A program made the translations under genes and the position numbers. 64,000 nucleotides of DNA, taken from contig CM082576.2 in NCBI GenBank assembly GCA_040954595.2, positions 186,001 through 250,000 of the forward strand. Direction: 5' to 3'. The stretch comes from Balanoglossus misakiensis (lineage: Eukaryota > Animalia > Hemichordata). Below the pieces are notes generated by a model. That model had not been told where the DNA came from. It did not search any database and saw only the letters and a program-made list of their open reading frames with translations. Positions 1 to 12,436 of this stretch are shown here, piece after piece (the stretch's first letter is position 1; the number at the start of each line of letters is the position of its first letter).

Positions 1-1410
1 GCACACGAGGTATTTTTAATGCATCGCACAAAACACACGACATATGACCCTAGCATGTCAATACATTTAAATCCGAAAACCAATTCAAAATATGGCCTCG
101 TCCACTTCTCATCACGTAACACTCGTTTCGGGTAGATGCGAGGCGAGGGTATACTCTAAGCACTATGTATTTATTACATCGTCCATCTATAGACAGTAGA
201 CTGTATGCGCCCAGCTTTTCTAAGCTCACACACCTCTTGAAATAATGAACTGACCCAGGCAGACATAAAGCCCCAATAAACCTGATGGAAACAATGCTTT
301 CGTTTTATTTTTAATGACTCTTGCAATAATTACCTCTTGTGGTATAAGGAAAGACTGGCGTAACGACTTTGAGACGTTACACTTGCGATATTTTGACACT
401 TCTTCTGTCAGCTGACACGTAACGCGTTGCGTCCATCAAGCTCGATGGCGTGATGAGTTCGGGTTCGACGTATCCCCAGGCATAGTGTACTGCTGTTTCT
501 TCGCATTGGGTATTGCAAGACTATCAACAGAATCACATTCATTCTTTGACTCCACAGAAAGCAACTCCTCTGAAACCGTACAACGATTCGCCTGAAGATT
601 AAATTTCATCGAGTTGCGAAGATAATCATTACGTCGTGCTTGAAAAATCGCCGTTCCAATTCCGCCATAATTAGGATTATGGTACATTCGTTAGTGTTTT
701 GTGTTCGCTATTGTAACGCCGTTCCTTTTCCGCACTCAGATCGATTCAAGGTTTTGGAAGTACACAAAGGTTTGGTTCTAGCATTACATTATAAATATTT
801 TATGCTGTTTAAACCTCCTCGTTACTACATGTTTGCTCGCGAGATCGATGTCACCCGGTGACTCGAGACGAACACAGACACATAAGTAAGGACGTGTCGG
901 CCTCTCAGTGTCATCTCCGGATCCTCCCTTTTCGGGGGGAAAAGTAAGACTGGGCGAGACGCCCCAGAAGACAGAACAAGGCACCCCCGCGCTGGAATTT
1001 GTGGATTGTGCCTTAGAGAGACAGGTTTGACCGTTGTTACAAACGATTTAGCACCATAACGAACCTCAGCATTGTGTCGTTTTTGCTTGAGTAACTTCAT
1101 TGAAAGTTTGACTTTTTGACTTGTTATGGTGCCAGGGAATTTTGACGAAATCGCACTGGGCAACCATTTCACCCACCCACCCACCCACACAAGTGAATAT
1201 AGGCCCAATACCACAAAAGGTTTCATGTTGTTGCGCAGATTTTATAACACGTCGGTGAACGAAGAATATATCATTTACCGGAGCTAGGTGACGTGGGCAG
1301 CCATACTGACATTTCTCTATATGCTTCGCAGACCGACTATTACAGCTACACTGGGATCATTATACGCCACATACAGCTAGTCTCTATGGCAGTGTGGGCG
1401 ACAGGTGGAT

Positions 1411-2529
1411 ATGCCGTCTACAAAACGAGACGATAAACAACAGCGGTACGCAGACGAAAACATGAAGGAAGGCTTCTTACCGCCCATCAGCCAACCCCAT
1501 CACAGCGATGACGGAGATTCTGACAGCGGCTCGGAGGATCCGATACTGCGTTTTTCACGACATCGGCCGTGTCGCAACCCACGCAGGAACAGTGAGAATA
1601 ATCGGTCTTCGTTATCCGATAGCTTCGTCTTGCCTCGGATCTACACTTCTCCCGAAGAGGAAAGTGCTTCCGCGATGAGAAAATCGAAAACGCAGCTCAG
1701 TTTCTACTCTAGGCGTAAGGGACGGCCTGCTCTCCCTGCGTCGAAAAGTTGTCCTGTTTTGTCAAAGAGTGGCTCCTCAGAATTTTCGGATTATGAATTG
1801 GATTTCATGTCCATGTCTTACAATATGAGTGATTTTCGGAAAAGGGGGGAACTAACGAAGAAAGGAAGCAGGGACGCTCGTGAAAGAGGTTCAAAGAAGA
1901 GCAAAGACGAGAAGGACGCCAGCAAACAGACAACCGATGTATCGCCTAGGAGTGGGGATGAGAAAGCGGAGACCAAACTACCGGATATTTTCTCACACAA
2001 CGCATCAAATTTGACGTTTGAGTCGGGTGTGAAGCTCGCTCGGGACAAGGAGGATTTCACCTCATCAAACCCCAAAACAAAACCCGGGGTATCGAACGGT
2101 TTGAAGTCGACTCCACTGAAACGGAATGCAAATAAAGACACCAGTAGAAGTACTAGACCCAAGGCAGGTCTGTCGGAGAGATCGTTGTTTTTCACGGCAG
2201 CCAAGGACGACGTCTCGGTAATATCAGGAGAGAGTGCAGAACCTCCCTGTCCCGGTGAGTTTGAATGGGAAGAAGGAAGTGTCTCTAGCCCGAGGGACTC
2301 CGATAGCTGTGATAATCAAGAGAAACTGGGCGAGGAAAAGTCTCCCAAACAACTGAAAGGGAAATCGCGACCCGGAAAGCCATTGGACAGACCGAGAGGG
2401 CGGGAATTTGAACTTCAAGGTAAAGTCTTACCCAGCTCCAGCGAATTGTCTGGGGACCCCGAGGCTGATGTAAAGTGTAGAGCCTGGCTTACAGACAGTA
2501 AAAAACGAACGCAATATCCGCGAACTTAA
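1411..2529 (+). CDS. Uncharacterised 372-aa Ser/Lys/Asp-rich, probably intrinsically disordered protein; single coding exon
   Basis: Open frame of 1.1 kb, more GC-rich than its flanks; first in-frame ATG at 1411. Plausible 5'-UTR intron: donor GTAAGG at 886, acceptor ...atttctctatatgcttcgcAG ending at 1331. AATAAA at 2698-2703. No globular domain recognised. Motifs LPPI, LPRI, LPDI, SKSCP and C-terminal KCRAWL. Confidence 0.75.
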   Translation: MPSTKRDDKQQRYADENMKEGFLPPISQPHHSDDGDSDSGSEDPILRFSRHRPCRNPRRNSENNRSSLSDSFVLPRIYTSPEEESASAMRKSKTQLSFYSRRKGRPALPASKSCPVLSKSGSSEFSDYELDFMSMSYNMSDFRKRGELTKKGSRDARERGSKKSKDEKDASKQTTDVSPRSGDEKAETKLPDIFSHNASNLTFESGVKLARDKEDFTSSNPKTKPGVSNGLKSTPLKRNANKDTSRSTRPKAGLSERSLFFTAAKDDVSVISGESAEPPCPGEFEWEEGSVSSPRDSDSCDNQEKLGEEKSPKQLKGKSRPGKPLDRPRGREFELQGKVLPSSSELSGDPEADVKCRAWLTDSKKRTQYPRT

Positions 2530-5245
2530 TCAGTTTAAAATACCGGGGATTTGTTATGTCACTAATAGCGCGTTAGTTTTTTTTTAGAGAGACATAAGCC
2601 TTTTGTTAAGGTAAGAAATATTTCATCAGTGTTTACTGTGCTTATTATGGGATAAGATAAATTGGAGCAGAACAAGAAAGTGCATTTGATACACGCAAAT
2701 AAAAGTTACAGCTATTGTCCATTTAAAGGAGAGTTGGCGACATACTCTTGATATCGGTGCACACCTTGAAATGAAAGTAATACTGGTATGTCAAATAACC
2801 CACATTTAGTTCCAATATACAACTGCTAATTACTTGATATACGTAAATATAGTCACGGGTCAGACGACCAAATCAAAAAAGTACTAGTATTTATTTCTGC
2901 CTTAGTGCTTCTTTTCGTAATCACATGACATAAACGTGTAATGGCAAAGTTTCCAATGAGAATGCATTACTTCAGCGCACTGCAGTAGATAAGTCACCTT
3001 CTAAATTTGAATATGGAATTCAAACAAATTTACAATGCGATCATGGTGCAAATAGAACAACTCCGCATGTGTGCTATTTTCCGATATTCATTTGTATTCC
3101 GATATATTTCAAGCTTATTTAAGATTTTTTCTATTTTCGCTCGGTTTTCAATCTCCGGGCGAGTGCAATTTTAAAGTGTATTTTGCATTTTACTATAATA
3201 GTAAGAAATTTTAATTACAGTTAGATTAAGATGCAGGTTCTCCATGTGCGTTTATTTATATAACGTATGTCGCATGTATAATATTGCTCGGTTCCTGGCG
3301 TCAGATACCGAGTAGGATTGTCCACAATATAAGTAGTAGTTTTGTCATAATTAAAGAAATGAAATTACAAATGTAGTTGTATTCGGGGCATAGATATGCA
3401 CACGTTTGTAATTTCATCACACCGTTGAAAAATGTATAGAACGTATGGACAATAGCCATTTTTACTCCATACAATGTGTAGGGTCGATTATTTCACTTAG
3501 TTGGCAGAAAATGTCTCAACAATGTACAGTATAAAAATGAAGCCCATCTTTGCTGTTCTGAGTAGGAAAGATATTATAGAATGTTCGGCCGCTACCACAA
3601 ACCGGATCCACCACTTCACACCATCATTTCAGAGTGATAAAACCATGGGAAGTACCATGTAAGAGTAAGACAAAAAAATATTTTGTGTAGTTTTATGACC
3701 ATTACAAGTTATTTGCAAAATATTGTAAGTGTATTAGTCAATTAATATGTATTTTTCTTGTTCATTCTTGTTTTGATATTAAGTTAGAAATCGAAGGCTT
3801 TTCGAAAGGTCGAGCGACATGAGTGGATTTATAAAATAATACAAATAAATTTGGTTATATCGTTCTGCATTAAGTAGTCGCAGTCTTCTTATGACTGGTG
3901 GACAGATGTGACGCTTATTTCCATGAGTAGTGCGTCCGTGGAGACACATCATAAATTTTTCACCGTAGTCGTGGCAACCGCACTGGCTTTCAGCTAACCA
4001 AGACGAGTTGCAATCCTTCGACCAATCGATCATATTTAATTCATTCAAATTAGGTGGAAATTATTAAAATTGAAATGTTTGGTTCAAGTTGTAGAGTGTC
4101 GTAGTCTATCGAGGGGACTTGTCGGATACTTCCTTTATAATACTAAAAGGGACCATTTTGCACTAACAGATATTCGCATTTCCAAAGTGTGAGCTTATTT
4201 TTATTTATTTATTGCATGGCTTAATTTTGATATCAGCGAGACGAATTCTTGCCTAAGATAAACTCGAACGTTTAGATAGACTTTGCGTATGCTAGACGCA
4301 TGTGTTTCTTTCGAAAAGCAATATAACATCAAATTAAAGATTTATATTGCATTGATTGAAACAATTGCTTTCATATGTTGCTCTCGTAATTGGCTCATAT
4401 AACTATCAACACAGTCGTAAATCGGTGACATTTCGCGCATCTCAATAGCGACTTATACGAGCGGGTTGTTGAAGGCACTGTTAAGAAAGACGCAAATGGG
4501 AACCACAAGTTATAGAAAAAAATAAACACGTCGTATACGTATATATAATCTACCAGAAAGACTATATATTAATTAGCGAGTTAAATCATCCTGGTTTTCT
4601 TCAGGAAGATGGTCTACTCAAAGAAAGAAAAACCTTCAACGTTGTAAATTCGATTATTTATGTATGACATTGTGCGGCGTATGTTAGACCGAATCGGACT
4701 GAAAGTCGGTCGATAAGAGAGACCCACTGAATAATGGACACGCTGGTTCTGAATAATTAACAGTGACCAATGGCTGACCCGGGGTTTCTTCCTCCCTAGA
4801 CGAACAGTCCATCAATCAACATGGAAGGCTTCTTACTGAACGTTTGTTCCTCCAAATGGACGTGTAGTGAAACTAGACGGCGTAGAGATATCCACACGTC
4901 TTGCAAAGTGCCCATGCCGTCCACAGTCGGCGCTGAGGATAAAGTAAACGTCGGGGGCCAGTGGTAACAATTTGCTACATGTACTAGTACATTACGAAAG
5001 ACATAACAAATACAATGAATATCAGAAATGGTCATGATTTCACTTAATTTAATATGCTTTTAAACGTAGTTGAGTGGGTGTTCCTTAATTGTCATCATTA
5101 AGTATTTATAGTGAAAAATCAGTCATAGTTCTTCACGACAGCAATAAAAGCTCCGTTTAAAACTTTCAAAATATCTCAAGGAGAAAGTCTATTTTTGATC
5201 ATAAAACCCAGTGATTTGAACAGTAACAGTGTAGAGTTTAATAAC

Positions 5246-5380
5246 CACCACCACCACCACCACCACCACCACCACCACCACCACCACCACCACCACCACC
5301 ACCACCACCACCACCACCACCACCACCACCACCACCACCACCACCACCACCACCACCACCACCACCACCACCACCACCAC
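5246..5380. repeat. Perfect (CAC)n microsatellite, 45 units
   Basis: Uninterrupted CAC trinucleotide run read directly from the sequence. Confidence 0.98.
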
Positions 5381-6196
5381 CATGCCTTAAAACCTGAACG
5401 AAAGAAAAATCGCTCAAGCGTTGTTTTTTTTCCTTCGATGAAGCATGGAGAAGCTCCAGATATTGGCTCTTGTTTTAGTATGTTTTAATCAGTCAAGGAA
5501 TAGAGACATAATGTGACGGCTGTTAGTGAAGCCATTTAACCACTCTGACAAACGGTTTTTAGGCCAAATGATAAATGATTGTAAAACAGATTGAAACCGG
5601 TCTAGCGTGATAACGTGAGCATGTACCGCCATGTGTCGGGCAGTTGCTTTAGTATAGGTTTTAACTTTATTCATTTTTAAAACCCCAGTAATAATAATTT
5701 TGGACCATTTTTACCGATGACAATTGTCGGCGACTTCTTTATTCATATGCAATGAAGAAATAAGCAAAACTTGTACAGCTGCTGTAGCAACATACACTCT
5801 CATAATATATTGCCCCTTCCAACAGCGCCGTTTACGACCATCTTTCGGTCAACTATCGAAATTCAGTCGTTTGTCATCACAAGCCGAGCTATTCGGACAC
5901 CGTAACTTTACCCCAGTTTATTTTATTCAGTACATGAGACTAGATTCTACACAGACTAGATTAACACCCCTATTATACTTCAGCTGTAGATGTTTTTTCT
6001 AAGGTTGTGGGATTCTGTATAGAGGTCCTATTCTCGAGTCAGTTTGCTATTTTACGTGGATAGCTATTTTATGGTTGGGTGATTGACGTTGGGTCATCTT
6101 TTGGCATTGCTTTGGAGAAGTTCTCAGAAGACACTACTCGATTCTGTTATATCGCCCTCTGCAGGCGAAAAGTATGCGGCACATTTTACAGAAACC

Positions 6197-6326
6197 CATT
6201 CTCCACGCAGAGACTAACCTTGCTAGGAAGTCCGACCAATAGCCGCTACATGTATTTATAGCGGCTATTGGTCAGACCCCCTAGCTAGGCTAGAATTATC
6301 CACTCCAAGTCTCTGCGTGGAGAATG
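6197..6326. mobile_element. 130-bp MITE (non-autonomous DNA transposon) with 19-bp TIRs and a 9-bp TSD
   Basis: CATTCTCCACGCAGAGACT (6197-6215) is the exact reverse complement of AGTCTCTGCGTGGAGAATG (6308-6326). ACAGAAACC flanks both ends (6188-6196, 6327-6335). Internal perfect 15-bp inverted repeat at 6234-6248 / 6259-6273. Confidence 0.9.
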
Positions 6327-9300
6327 ACAGAAACCATGTTAAATTCGAACACATCGCTTTACACCAGAATAAGAGCAAAATGCACATAGAAGATTTCTAA
6401 ACACAACTGGAAAGCATTTTCCATAATAACAGTACTGATTGAACATGTACGTTCAGTGTTGACAGACCAAATACAGAATATTTCGTCATGTTTTAGGTAT
6501 TCGAATAATGACCTGCATTTGATAACAGAACATACAAACGAGATTGCAATAGGTTAGCTATTTAATTATTGAATATGGCGTTTGGAACTTTTTCACCAGA
6601 AGGGTATATTATGCGTTTGAAAATCACGCTTGTATTATTCCAAATCTGAAATGAATCACATCCACTCTTTCACAGTACCCTGCCTGGGGAACACTTTGTA
6701 AGTTACCTTTTTTGTGTCGGGAAATTCAACTGCGGTTCAAAAGAGATTACAACTGGTGAAATTTATGTCTGTGTGTCGAATCCTACCTACTACCAGGCTG
6801 CAGACATTACAATATGTGTAGTGCACAACACTGTTGTAGAGGGCGATCGATTAGTCGAGTTACTTAGACTAAACCATGAGACTTTTCCGTGTCAATTGTT
6901 TTTGCGTAATTCAAGTGTTTATTGTCCAAGGGTCATGACTGGTCATTGCACTGCCGTTTACTGTTTTCTCCAGACACATTGCAACATTACAAGATTGAAT
7001 GATGTACTTAAATGGTTTGTAGAACTAATCTTAATCGCAATTGAATGAGATTCGTGTTGAACTTTGAACCAAGTTAGAGATATTCAATATTCTTGTCGGT
7101 TTCTAGAAAGGTCACACGGTGACAAAATGTATAAACCAAGAAAAACAAGCAAATTGTATTCAGTTTGCGTGAGCTGTGGATAATGTCCAAACGATCGTTA
7201 GCGACGTCAACTACAGTGGCATTGACAGATAAATAAAAATATAAAACAAAATTTCTTTGTACTCTTTCTGTGAAAAGTATCATTATAAATGACCGTAAAT
7301 AGTTTTCCGTTCCAACCGAATTTCACAGTGAATTTGACAGCCATGTTGAATTTCATTTTCTAGTAAATGTTAGGGGGGGGGGGGGGTAGGCCAGAATTTA
7401 GGACAATGCCTATCACGCAGAATCCGTCTCTGTGCCGTTGTTTCAAGGCTAACTGTGATACTGCTGTGATAATAAGTTTTATACGAAGCCTCAGAATATA
7501 AAATACCATCCATCAGGAGACAGCCTAATCACTCCTAAGTTGCCCCCCCCATTCGCAATTACTAAAACCTCCCTAACGAACTGATGCATCACGCGCGTTA
7601 CGTATGACCTACCCATGTTGTTTTCGTGTCTATCAACATTGTGTATATTAATGTATCAGCCAAGATATCGAATTAGTATGATCAACTCTGCTGCACGGAA
7701 TAATTGAACACAGTCTACATAATTATCACTGTAATCAAAGCTTACCAAGTAGCTAGTGTCAAGAAAAAAATCCTGGTACAGTACCATAGTGGTCCGTGGC
7801 TAGAAATATTAGGATTTCACTTGGCCGTCATTAACCACGGACCCATACTGACTGCGTGGGACTGAAGAGTACTGTCGACAAAAAATGAAAGAATTTAGAA
7901 ATAATAGGTTGATGAGCGATTTAGAAGCAGTACTTACGAGATTACAAAGAAAACGGATTAACAAAAAGAGAAAGATTATAAAGACAAAGGTTGGAAAATT
8001 TGCAAATTGCAGCCAGTAAAATTAATTCAACCAAATTTGGTAAAGGTAAACCATCTCCCCTGTCTAACATTATGTAGGATGATGGTTGATATAACTTCTG
8101 TTTAGTTCGGAATGCCACAGAGGATGAAAATGACGACAGAAGTAAAAGACTTTGTGGAAATTATCGGAAATGAAGTACATGTACTAGTATTACCGAAACA
8201 CTGATCTAGATAACTTGAACTCGACTATTGTGATTGACGAAGTAGATTGTTGTATCAACACAAGTGCCGCAATGCCCCAAGTGTAGATTGTATCACACCT
8301 GGCCGTTTCAAGGCTTAAACACAATATGCCAGCTCAGAGTAATGATGTGTAATTATCAATATACATGTCTAAATTAGAGCTTGCACACATAAGTCATCAC
8401 TTGCCTGCAGGTCTTCTAGAACGCTCTAGTAATTTCTACTAATATAAAAGTAACTTCATGCAATTTATGTTAACCTTTCCATATATTTTCTGTACTAAAC
8501 CCTACATCTCACAGGTTCAGATCGATAAAACGCTAGCGGCAAAAATACAAGAAAAGCTATCTTGCAGAGCTCGAGGGGATTTTGACGTTCGAATAATGAC
8601 ATATTTGTTTTCACCCATTTACTTGTTTAGGACGAATGTCACGAAAATCTCGCTGAAAGTTCAAAGCCTACAAATGATTGTTGGTAAAATCAAGGGAATT
8701 CCCCTTGAAGTTGCCCCATGAGTCCCTCTCATAATACGTATACCTGCGCTTGCAACCTGACAGACGAGGAGGGGGGGGGGGCAAACTATACAGCTTAATA
8801 TTTAGTGTTCGGTTTATTTGTCTTATTTCTCGTCGCGGTAGACGCGATTATTCATCATCAAAATACGATTCTCAACGACTGGATCCCGTTTCGTTCTATC
8901 TTGTTGGGAAACCACGGTCTTCTAGTTTTTGTTTGTTGCAAGGTCCGTCCACAGTTCATTTAGTTATTAATGATTGTTGGTTGTGGCACAGTCCAGGGAC
9001 TCCTGTGTTTGTGGCAAAGGTTTCACAATAGTTCTGGTCGGTGCATTTCTAGATCTCCGTGTCATGCGTTTCATTAATAACGCGCTTGGACTTAGTACCA
9101 TGGAGTCCCAATGCCCAACGTTCGTGGATAGGGTTGATGGACTTGGCAACGTTGTTTTAAGTTTATCCGGAAAGTAAATCATTCTGAAACTTGTATGGTC
9201 AAATCGCCCAGACTGAATACCAGTCTCATAATGCCACAAATACAAACCTCAACTTTTATAAATTATAAGAGATGCAAAGGTCAATGTAGTTTTTGAGGTG

Positions 9301-10535
9301 CATTTTTCCAGTATCCAAGATTTATCATGAAAAAAAAAAGATTATTTCAATGGATGTTCCAACCAGAGATTTGATCAAAGTAAGGATCAAGTGTCGTCTC
9401 CCAGCCCGGATGAAGCCGGAGACCCCACAAGTGGGGTCATTTCGATAGCGCAAATTTTGAAAGTTGTATTGTTGACATGTCGGTTTGTCGATTCAATCAT
9501 GTCTAAAAAGAAACAACTACAGACCAGGGTCGTATTTTCTATATTAACATGTACATGTATATGAAAACGTGTTTGTTACTGGTGCAAGTGCCTAATACAT
9601 CTACATGTACTTTCCCCTCCACTTATCGGGTTGCGCGCGCATCAAACGTCTGCTGTTCTGTTTACGTGACGTCACACTACCACCTGTAGAATGTGTTGAC
9701 GTGATTTGGGACGCACCTTCTACTCGGCGGGTCGATCGTTGTTGCGTCCAACATAAACTCTAAAAAGTGACCCGTAGCAACCAAATGACTAACAAATCAA
9801 TTAAAGAAACATGGAAAAGAACACACAAATAAGCTTGCATTTGTCACCTCTGTTAAAACGATAAAATGTACACACAACTCAATGATTTTACCATCTAATT
9901 AGCAATGACTCGCCGGTCATGACGTAAACTGTATACAGAGAACGGAGAACGAGAGATAACAATGCTGGAAATAGTGTCGCAACACTACTAAGTTTGGGGC
10001 AGATACGAACCACAAGGCCGTGTTGATTGTGTTTTGATTCATTCTCACAAGGCCGGATATGTAAATGTTGATATTTTTATCTTTCCTAGAACGTAAACTT
10101 GAGCCCGCGTGTACATAACCAAGTTAGGGCAGGAAATCAACGTCGTTTAGTGAGAAGCTTGAAATCTATTTCTGAAAGAGTCCAAAATACTATGACTGAC
10201 AGAGTTAAGATACACTGAGTAATATATATTTTATTGGAAGAATTTACTTCACATGTTGCTCCTTGCGATATTGAATTCAAATATGACAGACCTGACTTCT
10301 TCTCATTCGCGTGCGTTCACAATATGCTTCGCCATTCAACAAGTCAGCATGTATCTTACGCAATGCGTCAGGTTCATATGAACAGTAAGACAAGATGACA
10401 TTGTGAATTTAGTTAAATTAAGTAGTTGATATAGATTGGCGCCAAACTTTATTTAGATTGGCGCTTCAATTTGAACTCTTACCCTGTAGAGTTCATTCAG
10501 TCACTAAGCGCAGCGTGGCACGTAAGGAACACAGA

Positions 10536-10612
10536 CTCTTTCTCCCTCTCCCTCCTCTCTCGCCCTCTTCCCCTTTCCCCTTTTCTCTCTCTTCCCTCCC
10601 CCCTCTCTCTCT
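10536..10612. repeat. Polypyrimidine (CT-rich) low-complexity tract
   Basis: About 77 nt of C/T with a single G at 10562. Confidence 0.85.
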
Positions 10613-10877
10613 GGGCTAAAAATTAGTTTTTTCATTGCAGTTTTGATGCTTTCTGTTTACGGGTGTTATTTCTAGGAGACATTCATCGAGCTATCGAAAC
10701 CACCCCATCTACCGTATCGCTGGCGACATCAACAATTACACACTGCCATGGCAACGACTCACAATGCCAGACAGTGTACTCAAAACTTCCCTTTTCGATA
10801 TTTCAAATTGACTAGTGTTTTCTTCGGTTGCCTCGAAGGTTAGGGTTACAGACAACTGCAAATCGGCATTAGGGTGT

Positions 10878-11449
10878 TGTTACGACACACCCTGTTTAGT
10901 TGCTTGGTCGAGAGACGGGTAGCTTTTCTTTGCATAACAAAGGGCCCTGCCTTTTCAAGTAGTTAATTTAAATATTAGTAATACCCAGATGGTCACCCAT
11001 ATAGAAGGCCTTCTCACAAAACCACGAGGCACACTTCTCAACACTGACTCGGAGGAGCACGTAGCTGTCGTAGCTCCAGCTCCACATCGCCTTGGGAATT
11101 AGGAATTTACCTAGCTGGGCTGGATTCTGTGAGCAACCGACTTCATGAGCAACGGATTTTGTGTGAGCAACGGACTTTGTGTGAGCAACGGACTTTCTGT
11201 GAGCAACTGGATTCTGTGAGTAAATCGCTTCTGTGAATGACGGACTTGGTCAGCAACGGACTTCTGTGCCTTGAGTTCGGCCAGGACTTTTGTGGACTCG
11301 GTAACTCCTCGACCAAGCAGGGTAAAAACACGCAGTGAACATTTTCTTTTGTGTGACCTTTTGATTTTAGAAGGCTAGTTGTTTAATTAAATATTCTGTT
11401 GTTGAACCACATTCTCCATTGTGTGCTCCCGGTTTTTTCTACCGTAACA
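10878..11449 (+). mobile_element. 5' LTR (572 bp) of a Ty3/Gypsy-type LTR retrotransposon
   Basis: Termini TGTTACG...CGTAACA form a perfect 7-bp inverted repeat (TG...CA). It is followed after 5 nt by a PBS and then gag. No second copy of the LTR in the window. Confidence 0.85.
11121..11268 (+). repeat. Degenerate ~17-18-bp tandem repeat inside the LTR (core TGTGAGCAACGGACTT)
   Basis: About 8 imperfect copies; GAGCAAC recurs at about 17-18-bp spacing. Confidence 0.85.
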
Positions 11450-11454
11450 GAAAT

Positions 11455-11471
11455 TGGGGGCTCGTCCGGGA
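11455..11471 (+). other. Primer-binding site complementary to the 3' end of tRNA-Pro
   Basis: TGGGGGCTCGTCCGGGA matches the first 17 nt of the classic tRNA-Pro PBS (TGGGGGCTCGTCCGGGAT, as in MLV), directly downstream of the LTR end. Confidence 0.92.
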
Positions 11472-11560
11472 GCTGAATATTTGCTCGAAGTTGTTGTTGT
11501 AAAAGAAAATTGTCCCAATATATTTGGAAGCAAATCTACAAAAATAAACTGGAGCTAACA

Positions 11561-12436
11561 ATGGAGTTCAAACCAGTGGAGTATTTAGAAAACCCCTCTC
11601 TTGAAGTGTTCGAAAAGTTGAGAAAGCATGAGTTGGTGTCGCTTGCCGAATATCTTGAGCTTGTTGTACGACCATCCATGAAAAAACAAGAGTTGAAAAA
11701 TATCATTGTGAAGGCTCTTGTTGAACAAGGGAAATTTGGGGTTGAAGCACTGGAAATTGTTGAATCTAAGCATGAAGGTGATACGGTTAAAATAAGGCGG
11801 TTGGAGTTGGATCACCAGTATAGAATGATGCAATTGGAATATAAAGAAAGAGAAAGACAAAAAGAATTAGAAATTCAGGAAATGAAATTTAGAACGGGTA
11901 AGCAGGAGACAACTGAGTTTGGGGACAGACAAAATTCTTCAGTGGGGTCCTTTCCTTATTTTGATGCAGCAAAGTATGTTCGACTGGTTCCTCAATTTCA
12001 TGAAAAGGAGGTCGACAATTATTTCCAGCATTTCGAAAAAATTGCTTACAGCCTTAAATGGCCAAAAGATGTTTGGACCATTCTGTTGCAGAGCGTCTTA
12101 ATTGGAAAAGCCCGTGAAGCATTTACTGCCTTACCTCTTGATCAAAGTAGCGATTACGATCGTGTTAAAGATGCAATTCTCAAGTCATACGAACTAGTAC
12201 CTGAAGCATACAGGCAAAAGTTCAGAAATGTACAAAAGCGGAATGACCAAACTCATGTTGAATTTGCCAGAGAAAAAGAAAGATTGTTTGATAGATGGTT
12301 AACTGCAAAGGGAGTTAATCAGAATTTTGATAAACTTAGGGAACTCATGTTGATCGAAGAGTTTAAACAATGTGTTCATTCTGATATCAACACTCATCTT
12401 GATGAGCATAAGGAGAGTGAACATATACCCAACTAA
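11561..12436 (+). CDS. Gypsy-type Gag (capsid with SCAN-like C-terminal domain), C-terminally truncated; no zinc knuckle or pol
   Basis: ATG at 11561 after LTR+PBS. Motifs VRLVPQFHEKEVDNYFQHFEKIA..LKWP..W..LLQSVL.GKA, YELVPEAYRQKFR and LMLIEEFK are typical of metazoan Gypsy gags with a SCAN-like capsid CTD. Gag-like sequence stops after HLDEHK (~12412); no CCHC, PR, RT or IN follows. Confidence 0.88.
   Translation: MEFKPVEYLENPSLEVFEKLRKHELVSLAEYLELVVRPSMKKQELKNIIVKALVEQGKFGVEALEIVESKHEGDTVKIRRLELDHQYRMMQLEYKERERQKELEIQEMKFRTGKQETTEFGDRQNSSVGSFPYFDAAKYVRLVPQFHEKEVDNYFQHFEKIAYSLKWPKDVWTILLQSVLIGKAREAFTALPLDQSSDYDRVKDAILKSYELVPEAYRQKFRNVQKRNDQTHVEFAREKERLFDRWLTAKGVNQNFDKLRELMLIEEFKQCVHSDINTHLDEHKESEHIPN

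Noticed and set aside
1818-2418. Minus-strand ORFs within the first CDS (and similarly 14479-15552 and 11585-11860)
   Set aside because: Antisense shadows of the longer plus-strand ORFs, with no independent features.
5189-5488. Poly-His and poly-Val ORFs
   Set aside because: Produced by the (CAC)n microsatellite; no codon variation and no supporting gene structure.
12407-12418. Splice donor at the gag breakpoint (AAG|GAGAGT)
   Set aside because: It lacks the invariant GT; the resemblance to AAG|GTGAGT is probably chance.
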